A stretch of DNA of 64,000 bases from Lama guanicoe (Eukaryota): contig MU054187.1 of assembly GCA_013239625.1 (NCBI GenBank), forward strand, positions 2,613,757 to 2,677,756. The letters run 5' to 3'. The position numbers and the translations under genes are program-made. Below, one piece after another: positions 50,961 to 64,000 of the stretch. Under the pieces are notes generated by a model. It was given only the letters and a program-made list of their open reading frames with translations, did no database searches and had not been told where the DNA came from. Numbering within the stretch: the stretch's first letter is position 1; each line of letters begins with the position of its first letter.

Positions 50961-52199
50961 GCATTGGTGATGCTGTGTTATGCACGTGCATCAGAAAAGT
51001 TCACTATGAGAAGGTACTCAAGTCAAACGCTAGGCAAGAGTGTTGAAAAGTCTGGACTAATTATCTTTATACATCTTTATGTATGTCATATAATTTGTTA
51101 AATAGAATAAATATTTGGAAAAATTATACTAGCCTAGATCCTTCCACCACTGAGGACTTAAACTGCTCAGAAATTAAAGTTTCAGTTTGAACACCTATCC
51201 TGAAACTGAACTGATATATGAGATATGTTTTGTAAGTCTCCCTACATACAGTGACCAAACCAGTTAATACATACACGTATGATTAATATTTGTTAAATCA
51301 GTCATGCTTAGAGTCTTTGCTTAACCAGAGGCTGCCCCTTTTAGCTCCGGGATGTTTTATCAACAGCCTTTCTGGAGAAATGACCCAGCAAGATTTTCCT
51401 CCTTTAGTTCTGGAAAGGGACAAAAGATGTGCCGAGGAGGGAGGAGGCTGCTAGGTGCCCTGGACTGTCCATTCCAGCTGAACTCAGACCTGCTCACCCT
51501 CAGGGCTGCACAGGCTGCCAGATGCAGCTCGTGAGGTCTGCTAAGAGCAGCTGTGGACAGGGCCGCGTAGGGAGGGGGCCGCGTAGGGAGGGGCTAAGTC
51601 TGACTGGGAGGCTCAGTGGTTGGTCTTCACATTAACACGGTTCCACTGACCTCTCTCTCTCTCCCGCTGAAGATGGAAATGACTCATGGGAATTCAGTCA
51701 TGCATAGAAGCAGTGTAAATTAGATTGGCCAACCTCTGAACTTGGGGCATGTCATGAAATCTGACTTGTTATGCGTTATTTTCCTCGTTTAAGATCATGG
51801 AGAGTAATGTGTGGATGGGTGTGGCTGACCCAGGGGAGAGGCAGTGTATTTACGAAGTATTTCCTTAAAGCTGCCACCGGCTCTAAGAACACTTCTGGAA
51901 AATATTATTGAATTCATATTCCCCTTTCTTCCTGATGGTTTTTAGTAAAAGGAATCCTACGAGGTCAAGCCAACTTCTAGTTTTGCTCCATCCACAACTG
52001 AAAGCTCAAGAAACATCTTTTTGATTTTCAAGGTACAGTCCTGCACTTTGAAAATGCGGGCGACCCCACCCCAAGCAAACAAAAACAGTGCCTTGTCATT
52101 TTGTTTCTAACTTACTCCTGAGGAATGTGCCAGCAAGTCAAGACAGTAAGGAGGGAAACTTTGAAGTTAGAGTTTATGATCACATTTTCTACTCAAAAT

Positions 52200-53962
52200 C
52201 ACTTGAAAATAATTTTAAACAAGTAATTTTTTCTTTCCTTTGCTTCTAAACATAAAAACAGTGGAATGCTGGGGGAGATCTGAACAGAGGTGCTGGTGTG
52301 TCTGGAAGCCAAGAGCAGGCAGGTGGAGGAGAGGGGAGATGGATGACAGGGAGCAAATATGCAGATATATTGAGGGCAGTGGGAGTCAGGTTTCTTACCA
52401 TCGGAAAAGGGATTCGCCCACGTGGAAGGACAGCAGGCTAGGGAGAACCAGAGGCTGTTGGATTGGAATTTAACTCCTGATTTTTCATAATTTGGGGAGA
52501 TACAGAAACAGCTCTAGATGCATGAGTGATGCACACGTATGTTTCTAGCTCTCTCTGCTAAGAGTATTTAGAAGCCATGATACCTGAGTCCTGAGGAGAA
52601 CCCAGATCTTGGTTTTGAAATGCCATCCTTCCCTAGAAGATGCCCATGACTCCCTGGAGAAATGACTGAATCAGGGTTGAGGCAGGAAAAGTACAAGATG
52701 AGCCTGGAATGCCTAGTTATGGCAGAAGGTAAGGAAACAGTCCAAGGATGATAAGGACGTATGGAAAGGATACAGGAGTCAGCTGGACAGGTGGCCCACT
52801 GGCCACTCCAGTGACAACCTGAGCCCCTAAGCAAAGAATATCAGTTAAGGATGAGAAGCCACTGAATGAAAAAGGAATCCATACGTCCCTGCTAATATAA
52901 ATTAATAAACAAGTAAGTAAATGCAGGGGAAACTTCCTCCCAGTAGAAGGGATACATAACTCTGGAAGGAATGATGGGACTATAAAGCCACCGTCTGAGC
53001 AGATGCTAAGCTAGGTGGATGGAGGCTTAACGGGGATATGAGTATAATGGCAGAATTCCCACTACAAAAACGTACTTATCAGTTGCAGAGGGGAAAATGG
53101 TGACTTGTAGGTAGAGAAACTGGGCAGACGGCAACTTGATCAGGTGGCCAAGGGTCACTCGGCAGCGATGGTACGGGCCGCATCGGGTCTCCCTTGTCAC
53201 ACCCTGGGAGGGGAGCACCACCGTTTCCGCAGTCTGCTGCCAAGAATATGTGAGCCCACAGCAGACAGGCCTGCTGATGGGACGCCTTTGGAACGAAAGC
53301 CCTGCACTTGTTAAAGCCATCAAGGTGAAAAGAGTCAGCGAAGAACTGAGGAATGGTTCCAGATGGAAGCCAAAAGAGACGTGATAACTGAGGGCCATGT
53401 GTGATCTTGGAGTGAATGTTGGACCAGAAAGAAACGGACTTCATTGGAGCAGTCTGCGAAATTTGAATTGGGCAAGTGGCTGAGACGGCCGTGATGTGTG
53501 GTGGGCAGCAGTGTTAATTTCCTGATTTGTTTGGTTATATGGGAGCGCGTCCCCTGGAGTATTCCGAGTGAGTGAGACATCATGCGACTGCCTGCTCTCA
53601 GATGGTTCAGAGAAAGGTTTGGGACACGCATACATACATATACGTGTTTAATATATAAGCTAGAACACACTCTATGGGTGTATCACATTTATGCAGTGTC
53701 TATAATGACTGTCTACATGCTAATGTTGTAGGATGATATATTAATGTGCTACATATTTATATTCTCTACATTTATATATTTTTAGAAAGGGAGCGAGAGA
53801 GCAAGTGTGGGGAAATGTTTTTGTTTATTTAGACCGAGATGGAGCAAAGGAGATAAAACGCTAACACACTGGAGCATCTCAGTGAAGGTGATACGGTGCT
53901 TTATGCTGTTCTTGCAACGCCTCTGTAAGTTTTGGATTTTTTCAAAATGAAGGATTGAAAAA
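52200..53962 (+). mobile_element. Old L1MC/MD-like 3' region
   Basis: GGAGAAATGACTGAATCAGGG...ACTTGATCAGGTGGCCAAGGGTCAC...CTGAGGAATGGTTCCAGA...TCTTGCAACGCCTCTGTAAGTTT. Confidence 0.65.
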
Positions 53963-54407
53963 CAATGCCTGCCTAGCTACATGGCTGTGTGAGGAACAAG
54001 TGCTTTCATGTGTTAGTGTGATGTGTGATGTTTCCTGCGTCAGACACTCCCATCTTCCCGAACTCTCACTAGGATAATTTTACAGAACTTGAAAAGCAGG
54101 GATGGGTTATACTTTTCAGCCTGAGGAGTCCACAAATCTCGTGAGTTCCAGGGAAATGTTACATAATAAGAAAGTGTCAAAAAGAATGGGTTGTCTATCT
54201 GTCTCCAATTTTGAGTTTTAAAATAACCACTGGGAGGACAAAAGAAAGAAAGAAAGAAATTAACCACTGAAATAATCTGTATTTACTCAATTAGTCATTA
54301 TCCAGAAAATCCATAACCTTAGTTCCTAAAAATAGAATCTGGTTTGCCCTGGATCAAAGGTGGGACCCTCTATGCAGTAACTAGTTTTTTAAAAGTTTTT
54401 GCTATAG

Positions 54408-55245
54408 AGGTATCACCTCACACCAGTCAGAATGGCCATCATCAAAAAGTCTACAAATGACAAATGCTGGAGAGGGTGTGGAGAAAAGGAAGCCCTCCTG
54501 CACTGCTGGTGGGAATGCAAATTAGTGCAGACACTATGGAGGACAGTATGGAGGTTCCTTAAAAAACTGAAAATACAGTTAACCGTATGATCCAGCAATC
54601 CCACTCCTCGGTATGTATCTGCAGAAAGCTCTTAATTCAAAACGATACATCCAGCCCAATTAACAGCAGCACTATTTACAATAGGCAAGACATGGAAGCA
54701 ACATAAATGTCCATTGACAGATGACTGGATAAAGAAAACGTGGTGTGTGTATATATACATACATATATATGTATACACCACACACATTAGAATACTACTG
54801 AGCCATGAAAAAATGCAATAATGCCATTGGCAGCAACACTGATGGACCTAGAGATTATCATACTAAATGAAGTAAGTCACAAAGAGAAAGACAGTTATCA
54901 CACAATATCACTTATATGTGAAATCTAAAAAAATGACACAAACAAACTTATTTACAAAACAGAAAGAGACTCAGACATAGAAAACAAACTTACGGTTACT
55001 AGGGGTGGCAGGGGGAGGAGGGATAATTTGGGAGTTTGGAATCAGCAAATACAAACTACTATGTACAAAACAGATAAACAACAAGGTCCTACTGTATAGC
55101 ACAGGGAACTATATTCAATGGCTTGTCATAACCTGTAATGAAAAAGAATCTGAAAAATATGTATATATGTAGAACTGAATCACTATGCTGTACACCTGAA
55201 AGTAATACCACATTGTAAATCAACTATACTTCTATTAAAAATTTT
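54408..55245 (+). mobile_element. Young 5'-truncated L1 (about 840 bp)
   Basis: Well-preserved ORF2 end and 3' UTR (GAGGTATCACCTCACACCAGTCAGAATGGCCATC...CAACTATACTTC). TSD-like AAGTTTTTG on both flanks. Confidence 0.92.
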
Positions 55246-56159
55246 TTTTAAGTTTTTGTTCTAAAAACAGTAGCATTCCATTATAACCCAAAGCAAGACA
55301 GTCTTCTGTCCAATCCCCATTTCCATTTTATCTCAATTTGCTATCTTTTTTCTGTGCAAAAAACTTCTCTAAATGCATTTGCACCCAGACATCTGCAGAC
55401 ACACATACTAGCCCAGTTTTGCTGCACACTTTTACTTGTCAAAACTTTGTGATTATTTGTTCTCTTTTTTATCTAGAACAATTGGAAAGAGATCAGATAT
55501 TTTCTCCTTCCTTTTTTGAGAAAACTGGAGGCTGAGGCAGTCGAAGTGACTTGCAGTTCACCTGGCAGCAAGTTCCTGAACAACCAAGACTAGAACACCC
55601 TGCAAGGTCCAGGCAAGGTTCGTGTATTTGTGGGTTATTCTTTTTTTAAATACACGAGTCCCAGGCATAGTTACCAAAACTGAACTTCGTCTCTATGCCT
55701 TTAAGAGAAGAATCTAGTCCTACTGAGGTTAAATGCTGATTGCAAGGTGTCTATTTGCATTTCAAAGATCTTTTAATGGAACACTGAATGTTTTACAATT
55801 CTAGGTATTTTTATTCCTGGCCACTCTTAATGGAGTTTTAGAAGGTTGACATACATAAAGCAAGATTTAAAAAATTTTACCACCAAAGTAAAAATATTGA
55901 CATTCAAATGGAATTAGGAAACGCACAGGAGTTTACAGAGCTCTCAAAAACTTTTGCCAATGTAACAGGCACAGCATAACATTACTTGTTGCTGGCTATA
56001 ACAGACGTTACAGTATTTTAAAATTTCATTGGTTTTCTTTAAAACATTTGTTTAGTTGTTCAAATGCATGTCTCTTCAGTATCATGGTAGCCTTTTCTTA
56101 TTCTCTCAACATGTCTTCATACGCTAACCTGCATTTATTTAAATTTTATTTTATTATTA

Positions 56160-56370
56160 AACACCTGGATAGCACTTACTGAGTGCCAGCTCCTGCTCTA
56201 AGCAGTTTATGAAGAATTGATTCATTTCATCCTCATCAAACTCTCTGAGGTCAGTACGGTGATTGCCGTTCACTTCACCGAGGAGGAAGAGAGAGGCTCA
56301 GCAGTGTGTCCAGGAATGCACAGCTGGAACTCTGATTCGGTTCCGAGCAGTTTGATTCCCACATCTGTGC
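56160..56370 (-). mobile_element. MIR SINE fragment
   Basis: TAGCACTTACTGAGTGCCAG...TCATTTCATCCTCA...GAGGCTCAG is antisense MIR. Confidence 0.6.
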
Positions 56371-58579
56371 CCATAACCATCTTACCGTGCTGTGTACTGA
56401 GCTTCAGACTTACAGGTGCTGGGGAGCTATTTGTTGATTAAATGAATAGATGGTTCTCTTGTCTCTTAGATGGATCTGAAAACATAAAGCAAATGAGCCA
56501 ATTGCTCTGTGCCTTAATTTTTCACTTCATAAAGTAGAATCAAGAATATTTGCCATCCATTTTCTCCCAGACAACAGTAAGAATGGAGAGGATTACTTTA
56601 CCTGCCTGCTACATGTATGTTTTTATGCCCCAAAGACCTGGTCAGCCCAAGGTAGGGCTAGAGGAGACCAAAGCAGAGATCTTAAATATGTGATGAGACC
56701 ACACAATTCAGTGCAATTAATGGAGTCTCTTTCAGTCTGCAAGAGTGCTAAGTACAGGGACAGAGCTTCTGACACCTCAGCTTCCTTATATCTGATTTTT
56801 ATCGCAATATAACATTGCACACTGTTTTCATTTTTTTTCAGCTGAATGAGAATTTGTCTAAGATATTCAAAATAAATGAGATGTCATTTAGGGTTAAGAC
56901 TGTGATCTAATAAAAAATGTCTAATTATAGATCTTCTAAATAAAAATGCTTTTTTGTTACAGTCCTGCATCTCTGATATTATTTAATAAAAAAAAAAAGA
57001 TTGTCATGACCTGGTTAGGAACAACACTGGATGTTTCTATGCCAAAAATCCTAAATCCAGCCCTACTTAGCTGCTGTCTTCATTGAGTTCCTACAAACCC
57101 TAACATGTTGCTCACTGGCTGCAGACATGGCACGCAAAGAAGTTCAAAACAAAACCCACCACTGTTAGCAGCAAGGGCAAGCAGGTACTCCAAGCACGCC
57201 TGCCACGTGACCTCGAGCAAGGCACCTATTCTTTCTCAGTCTCAGTCTCTCCTGAAAAATGAGGATAGTAACAAAGGCTGCCCTGCCTGCCTCCAGGGCT
57301 GTTTTGAAGCTCAGATGACTTCGTGTACATGAAACTGCTTTGTAAACCGTATTCTGTGATTATGAAGAAATTAACACTGAAGGTTTTGGTTTTGGAAAGA
57401 TTTCCCAACATAGAAATTTATTTCAGAATATATCCACATGCAAAATTTTCCATGTACATTCTTGGCCTGGACTTCTGTACTGAGGGATTCAGAAAAGCCA
57501 CAGGACTTGAGTTAAACCTCAGAAGAGGTGAGAGTTGAGGTGCTTAATGGAGACTGAACTCATGGGGAAGGAGAGGGTGGAGAGAAGAGTACAGGCCTGA
57601 AGTCTGATGACTGCATGGTCTGCACAGATGTGTCTTAGATGAGAACAGAGTCTCTGCTGAGGATTATAGAGACAATCCCTAGTGCCTTGCTTTGAAAGAA
57701 GATGACCCCATGACTCGGCCGCGGACAACCGCTATAGTATACAGGAGCATTTATTACACACCAGCGGACTTTGTGTTCTCTGGGGATGTCAAGAGGATAT
57801 CTAAGAGTACTGGCAGAGTTGTCGGCAAGGTCAACAAATGGGCAGAGAAGAAAATTTGGGTAACAGAGATCAACTGAACACTGACTGTAGAGGAATACAG
57901 CAAGAACTCCTAATATTTTCCTCTCCTGTTTGGAAACTTTGGAAGCCAACTCAGGTACCATTTCAAAATCTGATTATGTCTGTGGTTCAAGTTGCAGAGA
58001 GGAGTGGATAATGAGTGTGTCAGAAGTGGCCTGTCCTATGACCTACTAACTTTGATCACCTCCATGATCACAGAATGCACACCTTTGCCCTAACCAACCT
58101 TCTGGCAAAATCCAGCCCTGCTGACTAGGCAAGCTTGGCAAGCCAGAGTTTCCAGGGTGGAAAGGCTACCTCTTACAGTACCTCTACTAGGAAAAAAAAA
58201 ATCTCACAAGCACTTGGCCTACTGATGTTGGCATCACCTCTGCGTGCCAGGAACAAATGATTGCAGTAGACAGGGCCCAGAACACCCGGCTGGTGGTGAA
58301 TAAATCGAATAAACCCGACTGGAAGGCTAGTGGGACTGCACTGGGCACCCCTCTGAGGCAGGGGCCGCGTCTGCTCCCCTTTGGGTGGGAGTGCAAGTGT
58401 TCTGCTCACAGGAGACCAGCTGCTGCTGAGCCTGGTCCGTGGACAACAGAAAGCTCCAAGGACAGCCCTGGCCTCTTCTGGGGTGGGAGGGAGCTGGGAG
58501 GAAGAGGTCAGCAGAAGTGGGTGCATGGAAGTCACGGTGCTATCGAAGTTCCCTTGTAAGTTGTGAGGCAGAGATGAAG

Positions 58580-60120
58580 GGGGCGAACAAAACATAATTT
58601 GTTCTGGGGAAGGAGCCCGGAAGTCTGAGGTTCCCTGTGCAGGGACTAAAGGGAGGGAGCCAAAGCTCCAACCCGGGGGCCAGAGCCGGGGCGGGCGCGG
58701 GGCGGGGGAGAATATAAGAAACACCCCCGCGGACGAGTTTCTGAGCAGGGAAGTGGACCGGGAACAGCGCATTTCCTGCTTCGCCTGTGCAAACCCCAGG
58801 CGGGGCCAAGCGGGAACAGGGTTACGGTCGAGGAGTCGCCGGCTGCCAGGGCGGGGTCCCGGGCGGCCTCGAGGGGGTCCTCGGACCAGGGCGGGATGCG
58901 GGGGGTGGGGGAGGGGGAGGGCGTGAGAGCGGAACGCACCTCTCCCGTCCTCGTGGCGAGCGAGTTCCCAAAGACCCTCTCGCCACCGGCCTTTTTCATC
59001 CGCCGGAGAGGCGGGCGCATCGAGGGGCAAGGTCGAGCGCCAGGAGCAGGGTTCGGGTTGGGGAGGGGGGGATGTTCCGACCTTTGCGGGGGGCCTCCCG
59101 GGTCCCGGGTGGGGGCTGCGCGGCGCCGGACCGGGTGGCCGCGATCTCCCGGCCCCTCCTTCCTCCCCTTCTCTCCCAACCCACCCGCGACCTCCGACCT
59201 GGCATCGCGAACCCACGGGGGACTGGCCCGGGGACAGGGAGGAGGCGCGCGAGGTGCGGAGAGGCGCGGCTGGGAGGCGCCGGCGCGCGGCCCTACCTGG
59301 GAGGTGCGGAGCCCGGGCCGCGCTTCGTGCCGCGCGCCGCCTTCCGCTCGGCTCCCGGAGGCCGCCGCCGGCGCGCGGCTTATAAATGCAAAGGCCTTAT
59401 TGTTATTCTTTGTTCCGGGGACACCATTGTCTATCTGCCCGGGGGCCGCCGCGGCGTTTTCCCACATTGGCGGCGCGCGCTCCCTCCCCGCCCCCACGGA
59501 CTTGCCCTCCGGAGCCGACCCGGATCTGTGTGGGTGCCCACGGCCTTCCCTGGCGGCTGGAGTGTCCTTCGTCCGGCTCCCGCTTCCCAAGCATCGAAAC
59601 ACAAAAGCCTGCCGGAAATCCCCCAGCCTGTGCCTGGTCACTCAGGGGTCCGAGCCGCGGCTCGCCACCTCCCCGGGTTAATTTCTGCGCCCGCCGGCCG
59701 CGGGCTCCGAGGGGTAACGGGCACAGCATCGTACCGCGCTAGAAGCGTGCTCGCCCAGGCTTTCGAGCCTTGGGTCTGGGCTGGGGACCGTGCGTGCAAT
59801 TAGTAGCCAGGAGCCCAGAGATCCTAGTCTGTGCCCGGCCTGCGGGTGCGCCCGGCCGGCCACACGAGCGGGTGTACACGGCTCTTACTCGAGAACTTGT
59901 TTGCCCCCCTCCCCCCGCCGCGTAAATCTCTCGTGATTAGAAAAGCAAGGCTCGCAGGAAGCCACTCCGGATGTTTGCTGCTTTTCATGTGGCATTTGTG
60001 GTTGGCTCTGATAACGTCCCGGGCTGGACTTCCAACACCGAGTTTAGTAAAGAGACCGAAATAGAGTCTACACACACCACGGACGGGTCTGCGGCGGGCG
60101 CCGCAGCCCGCAACGCGCTC
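58580..60120 (+). promoter_or_regulatory. Upstream CpG island, candidate alternative SOX17 promoter
   Basis: Very high GC/CpG. ETS site CCGGAAGT 58617-58624, TATAAA 59381-59386, SOX-motif cluster 59398-59430. Mouse Sox17 is known to use an upstream promoter a few kb 5' of the coding exons. Confidence 0.65.
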
Positions 60121-61494
60121 CCCCACCCCAATATATGACAAGTGAAGGAACAGAAGAGATTAGATACAAGTTACAGTACATGGAAGAGACTAGTCTTGAA
60201 AAGGCACCATGATTCCGTCCTTGTAAATGTAAGTGAATTGCTAGCTTATAAATCCCAAGGAGGGTGTTCAAGAGGGGGAAGGGCGCTGAATTCTGAGGCT
60301 CCAACTCGATCCTCTGGATCTTGTGCTCTCACTTGATTTCTCAGTATCTTACCCAACAAAAATCAGTGGTTTCCAGGAACAAGTGCAGATAATAATGGGG
60401 AGCCCCCAGATTTTCTTCTCCACCAGTTTCTCCATCCTCTTGGCTCTTCTCTGTGTAATGAGGTGGCAAGAAGGAACACGAGTGTGGAGAAAGTACACCA
60501 GGGTAAATCCGGTCATAAACATTTTTGGGGAACTCACATCTAGATTGTATTTCCTGCACCTTATTTTATTTCTTACGGAATTAGTTGAATAGGTTCATCT
60601 AGACAGATTAAAATGTATTCTGGAAGGGGCACTGTTTTTGTTTGGTGTTCTACCTCTGTTCTAAGAAAACTCCTGTTCATAAAAATTTTAGTGCTAATAG
60701 AAAATTCAGCTTTGAGATCTTTGAAAAGATATTTATTGCTCTCCAGCAAAGTTAGAGATCACGAGGAAACACCAGGAGCGAGGTGTTACAGGACTAACTG
60801 GTTCTCTCCACTCCACATTTCCTTACTTAGACAATCTGTAGCCATGCAGTTATGCTTCATTTTCAAGCCCATATTATTTTTTCAGCAAAACAAACTCTTA
60901 AAGGAAAAGTGCATAATCAGTTAATTTGTTTAAGTTTATTAATTGCTTCAAAACCACCAATTAAAAATAACACCTCTCTTTTATTTCCTTAAGCAGATTA
61001 AATTTTTTTCTTGTCTGAACCTCAGAGATCCAGAGACTCAAACCACTTTCTAGCTGCTGAAGGTGAGGGAAGTGCAGCTGACAGACACATCACAGGTCGG
61101 CACAGAGTTAAAGCTGGCTTAAAACAAGTGTGTAGAGGTCTTTGGAGAAACAGCACTGTGGGAGAAACTGACGGCCAGGGGTTGCAAAGTCCCTATCTCT
61201 TTGTTTGTATGAATGCCACTAATAAGCAGTCTTGATAGATTACTTTGTCGCTGAAATATCACACAAGAAGCTGCAGATCCCGGATGTCAGCCCTAGTTTT
61301 TCATCACCCCTTCACAGTAAACAAAGAAAATCTGTTGTGGAGGTTGATGTATGGATTTCTTTGCAAAGTTTTCAAATTCTGCAGGAATGGCTGTGTTTTT
61401 GCTGTAGACACCACCACAATACACAAACAAAATACACAAACACAACAACTTAGCTTAGCGGTGAAGAGCTCCACAGACCACTGGAGATCACATC

Positions 61495-61670
61495 CACTCC
61501 CCAATGCTGTGATCTTGGGCAAGTGCCCTAACCTCTCTGTGCCACAGTTTCCTCTCCCGTAAGATACACTAGCATCGACCTCGTAGGTTTATAAGGGTAG
61601 ACTAGCTCGCTGATGTTCAGAAGGAGCTAAGAATAGTGCGTGGTGTTCTGTCTTATATAAGTGCTTGTTT
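61495..61670 (+). mobile_element. MIR SINE fragment
   Basis: GCTGTGATCTTGGGCAAGTGCCCTAACCTCTCTGTGCCACAGTTTCCTC is MIR core. Confidence 0.7.
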
Positions 61671-62329
61671 ACAAATCCCCCTCAAAAAGTTTCTCAGATT
61701 TAAGCAGAAGTCATTCAGATGATCATTCCAATCTCGAGAAACGTATAGGAACCCCCCATCACCTGTCAGAGTGACCACCTTAAGAGCTACAGTCGTTTTG
61801 CTGCTCAGGGGTTTCTTTCCTCTCATCCACCGACATGTACATAAATATCAATGCTGTTTTTTTTAAACCACATTTTAGAAATCAAAACTGTCTTGCCTCT
61901 TTCACTGAACACATATGGGAAAATTTAGTTACGCTTGTTAGACATTTCATGTACACATTTTCAAGGGGTGGTTCGTTGTTTTGGATAAAGCTTTTAAATT
62001 CTTCAGGATGACGAGCTATAGAACGTCATTCATATGTAATCTCGTTTCAGAAAGTAGGATTTACTTCAGCCACAGAATTTTGAATATAATACAACAGGTA
62101 CGTTGAGTCCTTGGGGAGAGAAAGTATTTTTAAACTTATTATCAGTTTGAAGAAGACATCCGTGGGGAAGAAAGCTAGGTCCCCCTCCACTGAAACACCC
62201 TTAGCTCCTGGGTTAGTGGATGCTTAGTGTGTTGGTTGGAACTACCGTGTCCCAGTACTTCTATCCAGCAGTGCAATCCAACCAGCACCTTAGAGGTTTT
62301 TCAGGAGGCCCCCTTCCCGGGTCAGAGAG

Positions 62330-62740
62330 GACCTGGAGACAAAGCCCGGCTCCAGCCAGTTTCCCCTGGGCAGGTGTAGCCCTGGGCGCGGGGCCGGGGG
62401 AGGGGAAGAGGGCGGGAGTGGGGTTGAGCCGGGACTTGGGATTTGGGTGGCGGGCTGGGCGTGGGTCTAACGACGCCCGCCCGGCCCGCCCCCGCCGCTC
62501 CATTGGCCACGTCTGTGCAGAAAAGGCCCCGCAGCCCGGGGGCGCCCGCAGTGTCACTGGGCCGGCGGGGGCGCTGCTTGCACGGTGGGCTGGGATCTGC
62601 CAGGGCCGCGGGGTCGGGCTGTGGAACACGGGCGGCCCGCCGGGCATCTCCCTCTCTCGTTCCCCACCCCCTCCCCCCAGGTCGGGGGAGGCGGCGTGTC
62701 CAGCGGAGGGTTGCGGGGCGCGGGGCAGGGCTGGAGCGCC
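62330..62740 (+). promoter_or_regulatory. SOX17: SOX17 proximal CpG-island promoter and 5' UTR (probable TSS near 62548)
   Basis: CpG-dense, with GC boxes (GGGCGG about 62411, CCCGCCC about 62485) and an inverted CCAAT (ATTGG 62502-62506). GCAGTGTCACT at 62548 resembles the human SOX17 mRNA 5' end as I remember it (to be verified). Confidence 0.8.
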
Positions 62741-63047
62741 ATGAGCAGCCCGGATGCGGGGTACGCCAGTGACGAGCAGAGCCAGCCCCGGAGCGCGCTG
62801 CCCGCCGTGATGGCCGGGCTGGGCCCCTGTCCCTGGGCCGAGTCGCTGAGTCCCCTCGGGGACATGAAGATGAAGGGCGAGACGGCGGCGAGCAGCGGGG
62901 CGTCGGCCGGGACCGCGGGCCGGGCCAAGGGCGAGTCTCGCATCCGGCGGCCGATGAACGCCTTCATGGTGTGGGCTAAGGACGAACGCAAGCGCCTGGC
63001 GCAGCAGAACCCGGATCTGCACAACGCCGAGTTGAGCAAGATGCTGG
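62741..63047 (+). CDS. SOX17: SOX17 coding exon 1 (N-terminus and first half of the HMG box)
   Basis: GCGCC-ATG at 62741. Translates [47 protein letters not shown]...[37 protein letters not shown], the SOX17 N-terminus and SoxF HMG box. Ends at donor CTGG|GTGAGT (307 coding nt, phase 1). Confidence 0.98.

Positions 63048-64000
<953 letters not shown>

Noticed and set aside
50345..51592. Short perfect tandem duplications (16 bp at about 50345 and 51561, 18 bp at about 16817)
   Set aside because: Ordinary two-copy slippage duplications with no further structure.
58173..59803. Four overlapping ORFs of 261-347 aa
   Set aside because: Same GC-island artefact, with low-complexity translations and no recognisable family.

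Overview
Mammalian genomic DNA, most likely a camelid, judged from tRNA-derived SINEs and young L1 3' ends recognised by eye. It covers about 62 kb of gene desert upstream of SOX17 and ends inside SOX17. The only supportable protein-coding gene is SOX17 (+ strand): ATG at 62741, coding exon 62741-63047, GT-AG intron 63048-63652, and a second coding exon from 63653 to the window edge. The rest is non-coding. It holds L1/L2/MIR/SINE/LTR/DNA-transposon remnants, a decayed full-length U6 retrocopy that may be a U6-L1 chimera, three CpG islands (about 4.2-4.95 kb, 58.6-60.1 kb and 62.3-64 kb), several candidate enhancer motif clusters and a strong CTCF-like site at about 40.1 kb. The most striking feature is a 4.28-kb array of 69 head-to-tail 62-bp units (29605-33884). 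Its first 66 units read as identical, and each carries an inverted pair of SMAD-box motifs and a RUNX-type core. I cannot support a new coding system. The best candidates for something undescribed are that array as a possible copy-number-variable regulatory element and the splice-site/promoter layout for a long SOX17 isoform. Repeat subfamilies and motif calls were made by eye and need RepeatMasker, alignment or ChIP confirmation.
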